Shown: positions 1-17,903 of the stretch, piece by piece | Position numbering within the stretch: position 1 is the first letter of the stretch | How the letters are laid out: each line of letters begins with the position of its first letter | Source: Octopus vulgaris | Lineage: Eukaryota | NCBI GenBank assembly: GCA_951406725.2 | Contig: OX597819.1 | Location: 35,836,001-35,900,000 of the forward strand | Direction: 5' to 3' | Length of the DNA: 64,000 nucleotides | Position numbers and translations under genes: made by a program | Notes under the pieces: generated by a model | Database searches by the model: none | What the model was told of the DNA's origin: nothing | The model's input: the letters and a program-made list of their open reading frames with translations, nothing else

Positions 1-671
1 AATACATCTACATTTAAGCTTCTATCATGTTTCCTCTCCAGTTTTAGTTTTATTCTAAACTTGTTTTACATATTTATACACCCACACAGTCAAGAGCTGT
101 AACACTGGAGACAGAAATATCTACCATAATATTGTTTCAACAGGGAAAACATTAAAATCACAGCATCTAACCAAGAGCTTTATAATTTGTTTTATAACGA
201 AAACATGTTTGATTTTCACAATAAGTTTGAATCAGAAACTGCATTAAGTACAGAAATTGGGAGTCACAGAAACAATTATTCTTGCTATATTTTGTCAGAA
301 ATTTTCTGTTACTTTCGGGCTTTTGAAATGTTAAATGCTTTCAAGTGTTACAAATGGACAAAAAAAAAAAAGAAAGAAAAAGAAAAAAACTCCCTGGGAA
401 AATAATGGAAAAATATGATTTAGATGAAATAATAATAAAGTGTGGGAAATCATTTAAGTTATTTACAGAATACGCAAGAGCTATGTGAAGTAATTTTTAG
501 GGGGTGGGGAAGAAAAAGAAAAGAAAGAAATATCTTTTGAGGGTTTGATTCTGAATATGACTAAGGAATGAAATATATTTGTGATGCTATGTTTGTGTTT
601 CCTTTCTCCCCATGTATCTCTTCAGGTCATATTCGCATTAAGAAAGTTATGAATTATGTCCCATACATACA

Positions 672-708
<37 letters not shown>

Positions 709-809
709 GTATAATATATATATGTATATATATATATATATATATATAAGTACCGTCAAATCGTCCAACCCTTGCTAGCATGGGAAGCGGACATTAAACA
801 ATGATGATG

Positions 810-840
<31 letters not shown>

Positions 841-1055
841 GCCTGCTCGCTTAGCCAGCGGAGTGGCGTGAGCGATGCTAAAAGCAGGCGCGGTGCGATT
901 GTAAAGCAACAAATGAATATGAAATTAATCATGGAATAACATTTCGTCGGATCTGAAATATGTAAGTAAAATATGTAAATAAAAACGCGCGCGCACAAAC
1001 ACATTTGTGCATTCACACACGCATAGATGTACATAAATGGGTATATATGAGTGTA

Positions 1056-1099
<44 letters not shown>

Positions 1100-1228
1100 T
1101 GAGGAGTCCCTCAATATAATATAAATGAATATTTTCAAAGAGGAAGAATTTACGGATTTTTTCTCTTACGAGGTTTTTCACGCTGGCTACTGATAATTTC
1201 TTTTAAAGATTTTATCCTCAATTGTTAA

Positions 1229-1318
<90 letters not shown>

Positions 1319-1340
1319 GTGTGTGTGTGTGTGTGTGTGT

Positions 1341-1871
1341 CACGTAATCACGTGACCGACTAGGCTATCAGATGTTGTTACACATCGCTGGTCACATTGT
1401 TTTAGCCTTCAAACGAGGCCGCTGGCTAAGTGAGTAGGCCAACAGAAGAAAGAGAGTGAGAGAAAGTTGTAGCGAAAGAGTACGGCAGGGATCGCCGACC
1501 ACCCCCTGCCGGAGCTTCGTGGAGCTTTAGGTGTTTTCGCTAAATAAACACACAACAGCCGGTCTGGAAATTATAACCTATTTCTTTATTGCCCACAAGG
1601 GGCTAAACATAGAGGGGACAAACAAGGACAGACAAACGGATTAAGTCGATTATATCGACCCCAGTGCGTAACTGGTACTTTATTTATCGACCCCGAAAGG
1701 CTGAAAGGCAAAGTCGACCTCGGCGGAATTTGAATTCAGAACGTAACGGCAGACGAAATACCGCTAAGCATTTCGCCCGGCGTGCTAACGATTCTGCCAG
1801 CTCGCCGCCTTGCTCGTCTGGAAATTATAACCGCGAGTCCGCTGCCCTAACCACTGGGCCATTGCGCCTCC
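1341..1871 (-). mobile_element. tRNA(Arg-like)-derived SINE, family A, interrupted by a second SINE (copies at ~3344-3871 and ~8810-9337)
   Basis: Minus strand starts TGGAGGCGCAATGGCCCAGTGGTTAGG (A box) and ends GGTCACGTGATTACGTG. The body matches 32669 and 50148. Confidence 0.85.
1579..1815 (-). mobile_element. SINE family B nested in the B-box region of family A
   Basis: 17-bp TSD GTCTGGAAATTATAACC at 1562-1578 and 1816-1832. Head is GGCGGCGAGCTGGCAGAATCGTTAGC; core is GAGGTCGACTTTGCCTTTCA.CCTTTCGGGGTCGATAAA. Confidence 0.9.
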
Positions 1872-1897
1872 ACACACACACACACACACATATATAT

Positions 1898-1947
<50 letters not shown>

Positions 1948-2005
1948 ATATATATGGATATATCCATATATATAGATATATCCATATATATATATATGGA
2001 TATAT

Positions 2006-2052
<47 letters not shown>

Positions 2053-2054
<2 letters not shown>

Positions 2055-2454
2055 CACAGGAGTGGCTGTGTGGTAAGTAGCTTGCTTACCAGCCACATGG
2101 TTCCGGGTTCATTCCCACTGCATGGCACCTTGCACAAGTGTCTTCTACAATAGCCACGGGCCGACCTTCGCCTTGTGAATGGATTTGGTAGACGGAAATT
2201 GAAAGAAGCCCGTCGTATATATGTGTATATATATGTGTATGTGTGTGTATATGTTTATGTGTCTGTTTGTCTCCCCAACATCGCTTGACAACCGATGATG
2301 GTGTGTTTGCGTCCCCATAACTTAGCAGTCCAGCAGAAGTGACTGATAGAATAAGTACTAGGCTTACAAGTCCTGGGGTCGATTTGTTTGACTAAAGGTG
2401 AGGCTCCAGCATGGCCACTGTCAAATGACTGAAACAGGTAAAAGAGTAAGAGTA
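2053..2454 (+). mobile_element. tRNA-derived SINE family C (copies at 4057 and 9517; degenerate copies near 21455, 48315, 48860, 50070, 60815, 63498)
   Basis: GGCACAGGAGTGGCTGTGTGGTAAG (A box) ... GGTTCATTCCC (B box), an internal TA/TG tract and the tail GACTGAAACAGGTAAAAGAGTAAGAGTA. Confidence 0.8.
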
Positions 2455-2456
2455 CC

Positions 2457-3012
2457 ATCATCATCATCATCGTTTGACGTTCGCTTTCCATGGTGGCATG
2501 GGTTGGATGGTTTGACTGGGGACTGGTGAGCCAGATGGCTGCACCAGGCTCCAATCTGATCTGGAAGAGTTTCTACAGCTTGATGCCCTTCCTAGCGCCA
2601 ACCACTCTGAGGGTGCGGTGGGGGCTTTTACGTGCCACTGGCACGAGGGCCAGTCAGGCGGTACTGGCAAAGGCCACGCTCAAATGGTGTTTTTACGTGC
2701 CACCTGCACAGGAGCCAGCCCAGTGGCACTGGCAATGCCCTTGCTCCAATGTTGTTTATCATGTACCACCGGCACAAGTGCCAGTAAGTCGACGCTGGTA
2801 ATGATCACGCTTAAATAGTGCTTTTTACGAGCTGGCCTCCATGCCGGTGGAACATAAAAGCACCCACTGCACTCTTGGAGTGGTTGGCGTTGGGAGGGGT
2901 ATCCAGCAGTAGAGACTCTGCCAGATCAGATTGGAATCTGGTTCACCAGACCTCAGTCAAATCGTCCAACCCTTGCTAGCATGGGAAGCGGACGTTAAAC
3001 AATGATGATGAT
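2457..3012. mobile_element. Two head-to-head 3' fragments of the (GAT)n-tailed RTE family (2457-~2830 minus, ~2830-3012 plus)
   Basis: Both carry the GGAGTGGTTGGCG.TAGGAAGGGCATC...GGACGTTAAAC(GAT)n-type terminus that also ends the RTE LINE at 41253. Confidence 0.8.
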
Positions 3013-3226
3013 ATATATGTATATATATATATATATGTGTATATATGAGTGTATGTGTGTGTGTATATATATATATATATATACATATATATTATATTGA
3101 GGAGTCCCTCAATATAATATAAATGAATATTTTCAAAGAGGAAGAATTTACGGATTTTTTCTCTTACGAGGTTTTTCACGCTGGCTACTGATAATTTCTT
3201 TTAAAGATTTTATCCTCAATTGTTAA

Positions 3227-3343
<117 letters not shown>

Positions 3344-3870
3344 CACGTAATCACGTGACCGACTAGGCTATCAGATGTTGTTACACATCGCTGGTCACAT
3401 TGTTTTAGCCTTCAAACGAGGCCGCTGGCTAAGTGAGTAGGCCAACAGAAGAAAGAGTGAGAGAAAGTTGTAGCGAAAGAGTACGGCAGGGATCGCCACC
3501 ACCCCCTGCCGGAGCTTCGTGGAGCTTTAGGTGTTTTCGCTAAATAAACACACAACAGCCGGTCTGGAAATTATAACCTATTTCTTTATTGCCCACAAGG
3601 GGCTAAACATAGAGGGGACAAACAAGGACAGACAAACGGATTAAGTCGATTATATCGACCCCAGTGCGTAACTGGTACTTTATTTATCGACCCCGAAAGG
3701 CTGAAAGGCAAAGTCGACCTCGGCGGAATTTGAATTCAGAACGTAACGGCAGACGAAATACCGCTAAGCATTTCGCCCGGCGTGCTAACGATTCTGCCAG
3801 CTCGCCGCCTTGCTCGTCTGGAAATTATAACCGCGAGTCCGCTGCCCTAACCACTGGGCCATTGCGCCTC

Positions 3871-3944
<74 letters not shown>

Positions 3945-4009
3945 TATATCCATATATATGGATATATCCATATATATAGATATATCCATATATATATATA
4001 TGGATATAT

Positions 4010-4058
<49 letters not shown>

Positions 4059-5023
4059 CACAGGAGTGGCTGTGTGGTAAGTAGCTTGCTTACCAGCCAC
4101 ATGGTTCCGGGTTCATTCCCACTGCATGGCACCTTGCACAAGTGTCTTCTACAATAGCCACGGGCCGACCTTCGCCTTGTGAATGGATTTGGTAGACGGA
4201 AATTGAAAGAAGCCCGTCGTATATATGTGTATATATATGTGTATGTGTGTGTATATGTTTATGTGTCTGTTTGTCTCCCCAACATCGCTTGACAACCGAT
4301 GATGGTGTGTTTGCGTCCCCATAACTTAGCAGTCCAGCAGAAGTGACTGATAGAATAAGTACTAGGCTTACAAGTCCTGGGGTCGATTTGTTTGACTAAA
4401 GGTGAGGCTCCAGCATGGCCACTGTCAAATGACTGAAACAGGTAAAAGAGTAAGAGTACCATCATCATCATCATCGTTTGACGTTCGCTTTCCATGGTGG
4501 CATGGGTTGGATGGTTTGACTGGGGACTGGTGAGCCAGATGGCTGCACCAGGCTCCAATCTGATCTGGAAGAGTTTCTACAGCTTGATGCCCTTCCTAGC
4601 GCCAACCACTCTGAGGGTGCGGTGGGGGCTTTTACGTGCCACTGGCACGAGGGCCAGTCAGGCGGTACTGGCAAAGGCCACGCTCAAATGGTGTTTTTAC
4701 GTGCCACCTGCACAGGAGCCAGCCCAGTGGCACTGGCAATGCCCTTGCTCCAATGTTGTTTATCATGTACCACCGGCACAAGTGCCAGTAAGTCGACGCT
4801 GGTAATGATCACGCTTAAATAGTGCTTTTTACGAGCTGGCCTCCATGCCGGTGGAACATAAAAGCACCCACTGCACTCTTGGAGTGGTTGGCGTTGGGAG
4901 GGGTATCCAGCAGTAGAGACTCTGCCAGATCAGATTGGAATCTGGTTCACCAGACCTCAGTCAAATCGTCCAACCCTTGCTAGCATGGGAAGCGGACGTT
5001 AAACAATGATGATGATATATATG

Positions 5024-5123
<100 letters not shown>

Positions 5124-5307
5124 GCCTGCTCGCTTAGCCAGCGGAGTGGCGTCATTCGAAGGCTAAAACAATGCGAACGCATTGTGACCAGCGATGTGTG
5201 GCAACATCTGATGGTCTGGTTGGTCACGTGATCACGTGATATATATATATATGTATATGTATATATATATATATGTATATGTATATATATATATATGTAT
5301 ATGTATA

Positions 5308-7341
5308 ACAAATCAAAATAGATGAACATCAATGGAATTTGTATCTTTGTGGTACCAGTGCCGGTGGCACACAAGAATCCATCCGAACGTGGCCGTAGTC
5401 AGTACCGCTTGTGGTACCAGTGCCGGTGGCACACAAGAATCCATCCAAACGTGGCCGTAGTCAGTACCGCATCACTGGCCATCGTGCTGTGGGCACATAA
5501 CAAACACCATCCGGTCGTGGCCGTTCGCCAGCCTCATCTAGCACCTGTGTCGGTGGCACATAAAAAGTAGTCAGTACCGCTTGTGGTACCAGTGCCGGTG
5601 GCACACAAGAATCCATCCGAACATGGCCGTAGTCAGTACCGCATCACTGGCCATCGTGCTGTGGGCACATAACAAACACCATCCGGTCGTGGCCGTTTGC
5701 CAGCCTCATCTAGCACCTGTGTCGGTGGCACATAAAAACACCATCCGAAGACCCGGCAAGACTAGTCAGGCCATAAACCATGGCCCCTACCTGGGACGTA
5801 GTCAGTCCACCTGTGCATACCTTCCTCCTTGTGATACTTGTGAAGGCCTGTTGAGGCAAGTGAAAATCAAAATCAAAATCAAATCAAAACAAATCAAAAT
5901 AGATGAACATCAATGGAATTTGTATCTTTGTGGTACCAGTGCCGGTGGCACACAAGAGAAAACCATCCGAAAGTGGCCGTAGCCAGTACCGCATCGACTG
6001 GCCTCCGTGCTGTGGGCACATGACAAACACCATCCGATCGTGGCCGTTCGCCAGCCTCATCTAGCACCTGTGTTGGTGGCACATAAAAACACCATCCGAA
6101 GACCCGGCAAGACTAGTCAGGCCATAACCCATGGCCCCTACCTGGGACGTAGTCAGTCCACCTGTGCATTCCTTCCTTCTTGTGACACTTGTGAAGACCT
6201 GTTGAGGCAAGTGAAAATCAAAATCAAAACAAATCAAAATAGATGAACATCAATGGAATCTGTATCTTTGTGGTACCAGTGCCGGTGGCACACAAGAGAA
6301 CCATCCGAACGTGGCCGTAGCCAGTTCCGCATCGACCGGCCTCCGTGCTGTGGGCACGTAACAAACACCATCCGATCATGGCCGTTCGCCAGCCTCATCT
6401 GGCTCCTGTGTCGGTGGCACATAAAAACACCTTCCGAAGACCCGGCAAGACTAGTCAGTCCACCTGTGCATACCTTCCTTCTTGTGACACTTGTGAAGAC
6501 CGGTTGAGGCAAGTGAAAATCAAATCAAATCAAATCAAAATAGACAAAATAGATGAACATCAATGGAATTTGTATCTTGTGGTACCAGTGCCTGTGGCAC
6601 ACAAGAAATCCATCAGTGCTGTAGTCAGTGCGGTGGGCACATGACAAACACCATCCGATCGTGGCCGTTCGCCAGCCTCATCTAGCACCTGTGTCGGTGG
6701 CACATAAAAACACCATCCGAAGACCCGGCAAGACTAGTCAGGCCATAAACCATGGCCCCTACCTGGGACGTAGTCAGTCCACCTGTGCATACCTTCCTTC
6801 TTGTGACACTTGTGAAGACCTGTTGAGGCAAGTGAAAATCAAAACAAATAAAATAGATGAACATCAATGGAATTTGTATCTTTGTGGTACCAGTGCCGGT
6901 GGCACGTGGCACACAAGAAAACCATCCGAACGTGGCCGTAGCCAGTACCGCATCGACTGGCCTCCGTGCTGTGGGCACGTAATAAGCACCATCCGATCGT
7001 GGCCGTTTGCCAGCCTCATCTGGCACCTGTGTCGGTGGCACATAAAAACACCATCCGAGCGTGGCCGTCTGCCAGCCTCGTCTGGCACCTGTGTCGGTGG
7101 CACATAAAAAACACCATCCGAGCGTGGCCGTTTGCCAGCCTCGTCTGGCACCTGTGTCGGTGGCACATAAAATCACCCACTACACTCTCGGAGTGGTTGG
7201 CGTTAGGAAGGGCATCCAGCTGTAGAAACACTGCCAGATCTGACTGGACTGGTGCAGCTTTCGGGCTCCCCAGACCCCAGTTGAACCGTCCGACCCATGC
7301 TAGCATGGAAAGCGGACGTTAAATGATGATGATGATGATGA

Positions 7342-7344
<3 letters not shown>
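5308..7344 (+). mobile_element. 5'-truncated RTE-family 3' region made of ~340-bp higher-order repeats of hairpin monomers (second copy at 10776-12812)
   Basis: AAATCAAAATAGATGAACATCAATGGAA recurs at ~5310, 5891, 6231, 6546, 6850. Monomers are GTGCCGGTGGCAC-ATAAAAA-CACCATCCGA; the element ends GGACGTTAAA(TGA)n. Confidence 0.85.
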
Positions 7345-7381
<37 letters not shown>

Positions 7382-7589
7382 ATATATATATATATATACA
7401 TACATATATGCATATATATATATACATACATACATACATATATACATAATGTGTGTGTGTGTACATGTATATATATATTCAAATAACCAAACAATATCGC
7501 TCTTTCTTTCTCAGCCTCTGTCTCTCTCCATTTCTTTTCCCTCCCTCCCTCCCTCTCTCTCTATATATATATGTATATATATATGTATA

Positions 7590-7657
<68 letters not shown>

Positions 7658-7658
<1 letters not shown>

Positions 7659-7993
7659 CGCCGTGACCGACCAGGCTATCAGATGTTGCTATACATCGCT
7701 TGTCACAATGCTCTTTGCATTGTTTTAGCCTTCAAGTGACGCCACCCTGCTGGATAAGCGAGCAGGCCAACAGAAGAAAGAGTGAGAGAAAGTTGTGGCG
7801 AAAGAGTACAGCAGGGATCGCCACCACTCCACCCCTGCCGGAGCCTCGTGGAGCTTTAGGTGTTTTTGCTCAATAAACACTCAGAACGCCTGATCTGGGA
7901 ACGCCTGATCTGGGAACGCCTGATCTGGGAATTGAAACCGCGATCATACAACTGCGAGTCCGCTGCCCTAACCACTGGGCCATTGCGCCTCCA
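7658..7993 (-). mobile_element. SINE family A, full length (second copy at 13130-13435)
   Basis: Same tRNA-like head and body as 1341-1871, without the nested insertion. Confidence 0.85.
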
Positions 7994-8031
7994 TATACTT
8001 CATATGAAAGTATATGGAAAGTATACTCCAT

Positions 8032-13580
<5,549 letters not shown>

Positions 13581-13581
13581 T

Positions 13582-14140
13582 GCCCTTGCCAGTGCACGTT
13601 CCATGGACTGTGCATCTGCTCTCTCCTCCTGCATCCACCCCGCCATCACCATTCTCTCATTTCCCCTCACTTACCACCCACCACCCTACCTTTCCAATGC
13701 ACCATTCTCTGAGCCTTCCAATGACTCCAGTCCGACCCCTCCACTCTATCTTCTCTAACTGACCCCTCCCCTCCATCTTCCCTAACTGACCCCTCCCCTC
13801 CTTCAAATGAACCCACAACCTACAAGACCTTTTGGTCCACAGCTTCTTCCCTAACCCAACCTCCCAACCCAGTCCGTTCCCCTGCTCCTGCCCATGCTGT
13901 CACACTTGCCCTTACCTCTCCAAACCTCCCTCCTCACAGGTACCCATCATTGACCCTATCATATCACTGACTTCTTTACCTGCACTTCTAGCAACATCAT
14001 CTACTGCATTTGCTGCTCTCTCTGTCCTTCTTTATACCTCGATCAAACGGGACACCACTTGGCTGACTGGTTCATGGAACACCTCCGAGACATCAGACTC
14101 GGCAACAACACCCTGGTCTCGTGCCATTTCTGCTCTACTA
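13582..14140 (+). pseudogene. Penelope-like element relic (Cys linker + GIY-YIG endonuclease)
   Basis: Hand translation gives FPCSCPCCHTCPYL, then after a frameshift HITDFFTCTSSNIIYCICCSLCPSLYLDQTGHHLADWFMEHLRDI...VSCHF, a Neptune-type GIY-YIG. Confidence 0.8.
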
Positions 14141-14680
14141 GGTTTACAAAGAATAAGTCCTGTGATCGATTTGCTTGACTAAAAGGCGGTGCTCCAGCAT
14201 GGCTGCAGTCAAATGGCTGAAATAAGTAAAAGAGTAAGAGATTAAAGAGTAAATCTCAACATATAAAGACATTGTACAAATATCAAAAAAATCCACAAAC
14301 AGACAGAGAATACTAATTACCACTATGTATAGCCAATGCAAAGACACAACAATACCGGTCTATATATAGTGCATTAGATCCTTAACGGATTATAGCTGTT
14401 CTATTTTGGTCAAAACCCATTCAATTCACAACAAATCACGACGAACTACAAAGACCACAGCGATAACTCACTTCACAGCTATACATGCACACACACACAT
14501 GCATGCATGCACAAACACATCCACACACTTGATGGTGATGACAACGATGATGACTACAAAATGACAATGACAATGACCACCACCATCGGAAGAAAGACCA
14601 ATTGGAACTTTTAATGGTGCTGTTTATTGTGATAGTAAGCTCCAACTTGCACAGTTTTAGTCACTGCATTTCTAAATTTA

Positions 14681-14900
14681 CCCTTTCGTTACCAACCCGT
14701 CCAAAACCGGCTCTGGCCCAGTAGTACAAATGTTTTGTTTTCATAAGTTTTGAATTAAAATCTTCCACCAAACCTTAGTCACAATTTATGTTCCTAACAC
14801 TAGCTTAATGATAACTTAGTTATTTTACTAAATTCTTTGTTATATTTAAAAATGATTGAAAGAAACAGAGTGTCTCAAAATAAATACAGTAACGAAAGGG
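14681..14900. mobile_element. piggyBac-like MITE (220 bp)
   Basis: TIR CCCTTTCGTTAC / GTAACGAAAGGG, flanked by TTTA and TTAA. Same family as 62435-63275 (opposite orientation). Confidence 0.85.
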
Positions 14901-14904
14901 TTAA

Positions 14905-15682
14905 TCTTTGAGAAGAATCATCTACATTATCCAGGATGTTTTGTATCTTTGAAAATATACAGAGAAAGTAACACCTTCCTCAATTATTATAAATAAACTC
15001 TCCAACCGAGTTCGCCATGGCATCTGGTCATGAACAACTCTGAAGTACTTTCAGACTTCTTCAACATTAATTTCATGCAACTGTTGTTGTTGTTATTGTT
15101 GCTGGTACAGTTGCTGCCGCTGCTGCTGTTACTGTTGCTATTGAGCAAAAGATCTTCGTCCCAGAGGTCGCAAGATGGGAGAAGTCTGAAACGTGGTCCT
15201 TTGCTATTCGTAAGACCCACAGAAGAGAAAGCAGGTCAACCCCCAACACCGAGAGCATTGATGGGTGGATGAATGCGCATCCAGGCTCAGCGGTTGCGTA
15301 GGAAGTTGGGGACAAGAAATAGGAAGAAAGTGTGAGAGAAAGTTGGGGTGAAAGAGTACAACAGGGGTCGCCCCACCCCTTGCCGGAGCCTCGTGGAGCT
15401 TTAGGTGTTTTCGCTCATGCTGCTGCTGCTGCTGTTACTATTGCAACTGCTCCATGTGGGCCAACAAATCCTCCATGTTAACAATTTTTTTCTTTGGTTT
15501 CATACCAAAGATTTCACTGTCTGACATAAACTTTGAATATCTTGTCACCACTTTTATATTCTTAGTTGTAGATATTGGATTTTAATGAAGCAGGGGTAGA
15601 GCAATGCATTCACAGACATAACTTTTGATTAGCAACACACAAGACTCCAACACCTTTCACTTTCTCAACAAGACATGTTACA
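14905..15682 (-). mobile_element. Gypsy-type LTR retrotransposon 5' relic (short LTR, PBS, gag start), split by a SINE
   Basis: Minus strand: TGTAAC... (15682) ~128-bp LTR-like stretch, PBS-like TGGTGACAAG (15550-15541), MEDLLAHMEQLQ, Gln-rich tract, then PDAMANSVGEFIY..EGVTFSVYFQRY. Confidence 0.6.
15150..15417 (-). mobile_element. 5'-truncated SINE family A with a third tail type
   Basis: Body GAGCGAAAACACCTAAAGCTCCACGAGGCTCCGGC...AACTTTCTCTCAC is shared with family A; the downstream tail is unrelated. Confidence 0.75.
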
Positions 15683-15868
15683 CTTTCTAAGACTTTGATG
15701 GGTCCACCTTTTAATCACGCAGGGGTGTGAACGTCTATCACCACAACAGTTTGATAACCCCGATCTACATGGTTGTTCAACTTGCTAGAAATAGCAACCA
15801 AATCTCCTTCAAATCAAACCTTATCAAGTTGAAAATAACAGAAAAGAGAATTAAATGATACAGACCAA

Positions 15869-16078
15869 CTTTCTTCTTCTTCTTACAGCATTCACCCGGG
15901 GTACATTGAGCTGGCTTCATTCATCCTCAATGCTGCATCTCTCCCAAACGCTGATCAGGCTTGGCGATTTGAGGCTAACGACCGCGTGATCTCCAACCAC
16001 TCCTTATTCCAGCGGCGAATGCCATAGGTTGGGTTCTAGATCAGCCTTGACTGTCATCAGCCAGGTTTTTCGTTGTCC
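15869..16078 (-). mobile_element. RTE-clade LINE 3' fragment with (AAG)n tail
   Basis: 12-bp TSD GATACAGACCAA at 15857-15868 and 16079-16090. Translates GQRKTWLMTVKADL..WNKEWLEITRSLASNRQAWS. Confidence 0.85.
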
Positions 16079-16369
16079 GATACAGACCAATACAGGAAGA
16101 TAGGAAGGTCTTCCTGTAAAAGACAGGATGGACATGACTGGAACATCTGGATCTAAGCAACTGACTTACTGCCTCTCATATGACAAACCACTGCCTACCA
16201 GAATGTGCAGTGTGGTTCTTAGTAGGAATAACCATGTTATATGTAGAGTGCTGGATATGTGGCAAGGGATACCACTCAAGTCGTTTGACCAGCTACATAT
16301 ATGCCATAGTTCTACTTCATCATAGCTGAACTGATGGGATTTACACAACAACTAATATAAAATGATATA

Positions 16370-16585
16370 CAAGGGGTGTTGAAAAGTTCCTGGTTTTAAG
16401 AGTATTGCAGAAGACCTGGCTGGAGGCTCAGCCTTCTGAGTTCTTTTACAGGGCTTAGAAAAACTGAAATACTGCTGCAATAAGTGTGTGAATCTGAGAA
16501 GGGAATATGTTGAATAAAATCATTATTAACCGATTCCTCTGTATTTTCTTTTATCCAAAGTCAGAAACCTTTCAGCACTCCCTTG
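16370..16585 (+). mobile_element. Mariner-derived MITE (second degenerate copy at ~48466-48682)
   Basis: TA flanks; imperfect TIR CAAGGGGTGTTGAAAAGTTCCTG / TCAGAAACCTTTCAGCACTCCCTTG. Internal GLEKLKYCCNKCVNLRREYVE* is a mariner transposase C-terminus. Confidence 0.85.
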
Positions 16586-17039
16586 TATATAGGGTCACTG
16601 TTGGTCAATGTTCATCATGTATCTGTACATGTATGTACAAGCTTGGGAATGATTTTTGTTTAAGAAAGACTGGCAGATGCCTATACATGCAAGTCTTCTC
16701 TCTCTACTAATGACATTTATTCAAAGGAAAGTTATCAAATTGGGCTGATACAACTTGACATCAATCTTATTGCAGGCATTACTGTCTGAATGCAAGGAGC
16801 TGGAACTCAAGGCATCATACCCAACTCTCTGACAGTTCTGCTAATCCACCCAGAGCTGTCTTAAGATATGGACACATGGGAAAATAACCTGAAGACCTCG
16901 TAGGTCTAGGGGCCTGTTCTGATCTAGGTATTGCTGTGACTTTCTGTCAATAAATATATACAATAGAATCTAGATAACTGATTTGTCTAGGGGATTATAA
17001 TGCTGCTAAGACACCCTTGTATCCACTGCCTTGGTTTGT

Positions 17040-17620
17040 TTCTATTTTATCAACCCTGAAAGGATGAAAGGTATCAGTGAGATTTGAACTCAGAACACAG
17101 AGAATTGAGACAAATACCATGAGCTGTTCTATCAAATTATCTAATGACTGTTGAATTCACTGCCTACATAATAGTTTCAAAATTTGGCACAAGATGAAGA
17201 ATTTTTTTTAGGGTTGGAGATTAGTCAATTACATTGACCCAAGTGCTCAAGTGGTATTTGTTTTATTGACCTCTGAAAGGATGAAAGGCAATGTTGACCT
17301 CAGCAGTGTTTGAACCCAGAATACAAAGAGCCAGAAGAAATTCTGCTAACCATTTTGTCTGATGTGCAAATGATTCTACTAGCTTGTTGTCTTGCTAATA
17401 AGAATAATGGTGTGAAATTTTGGAACAAGGCCAGTAATTTTAGTGGGAAGGTTTCTAAGTTGATCACATTGACTCCAGTGTTCAACTGGTGCTTGTTATA
17501 TCAACCTTAAAATGATGAAAGACAAAGCTAACCTCAGCAGAATTTGAACTCAGAAGGTAAAGAATCAGAAGAAAAGCTGCTAAGCATTTTCTCCAATCTG
17601 CAAGTGATTCTGCCAGTTTG
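17040..17620 (-). mobile_element. Three tandem degenerate SINE family B copies
   Basis: GAAAGGATGAAAGG...TTTGAACTCAGAA motif at ~17058, 17275 and 17513. Confidence 0.75.
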
Positions 17621-17858
17621 ACATGGACTACAACAGCATGACTCAGAGCAGAAATAAAACTGGTTTCACTGGGACAATGCAACATTTCTTCATTGTGGTT
17701 CAATATCCAAGAAGATAGTGTTCAATTTTTCAAGTAAAACTCAAATAAAACTCTAACAATGCATATTATGAATTACATAACAACTATTTAAGAAGAAAGT
17801 TTTTTTTGGTGAATTATAATCTAAAAAGAAAATTACAGTATATAAATCAATATATATA

Positions 17859-17903
<45 letters not shown>

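Noticed and set aside
595-660. Splice-acceptor-like CCTTTCTCCCCATGTATCTCTTCAG|G
   Set aside because: No convincing donor or coding frame follows; it cannot be supported without RNA data.
5308-7200. CRISPR-like appearance of palindromic repeats with intervening sequence (also 39729-41090)
   Set aside because: The intervening segments are homologous and recur cyclically, there are no cas genes, the context is eukaryotic, and the array is contiguous with a LINE tail.
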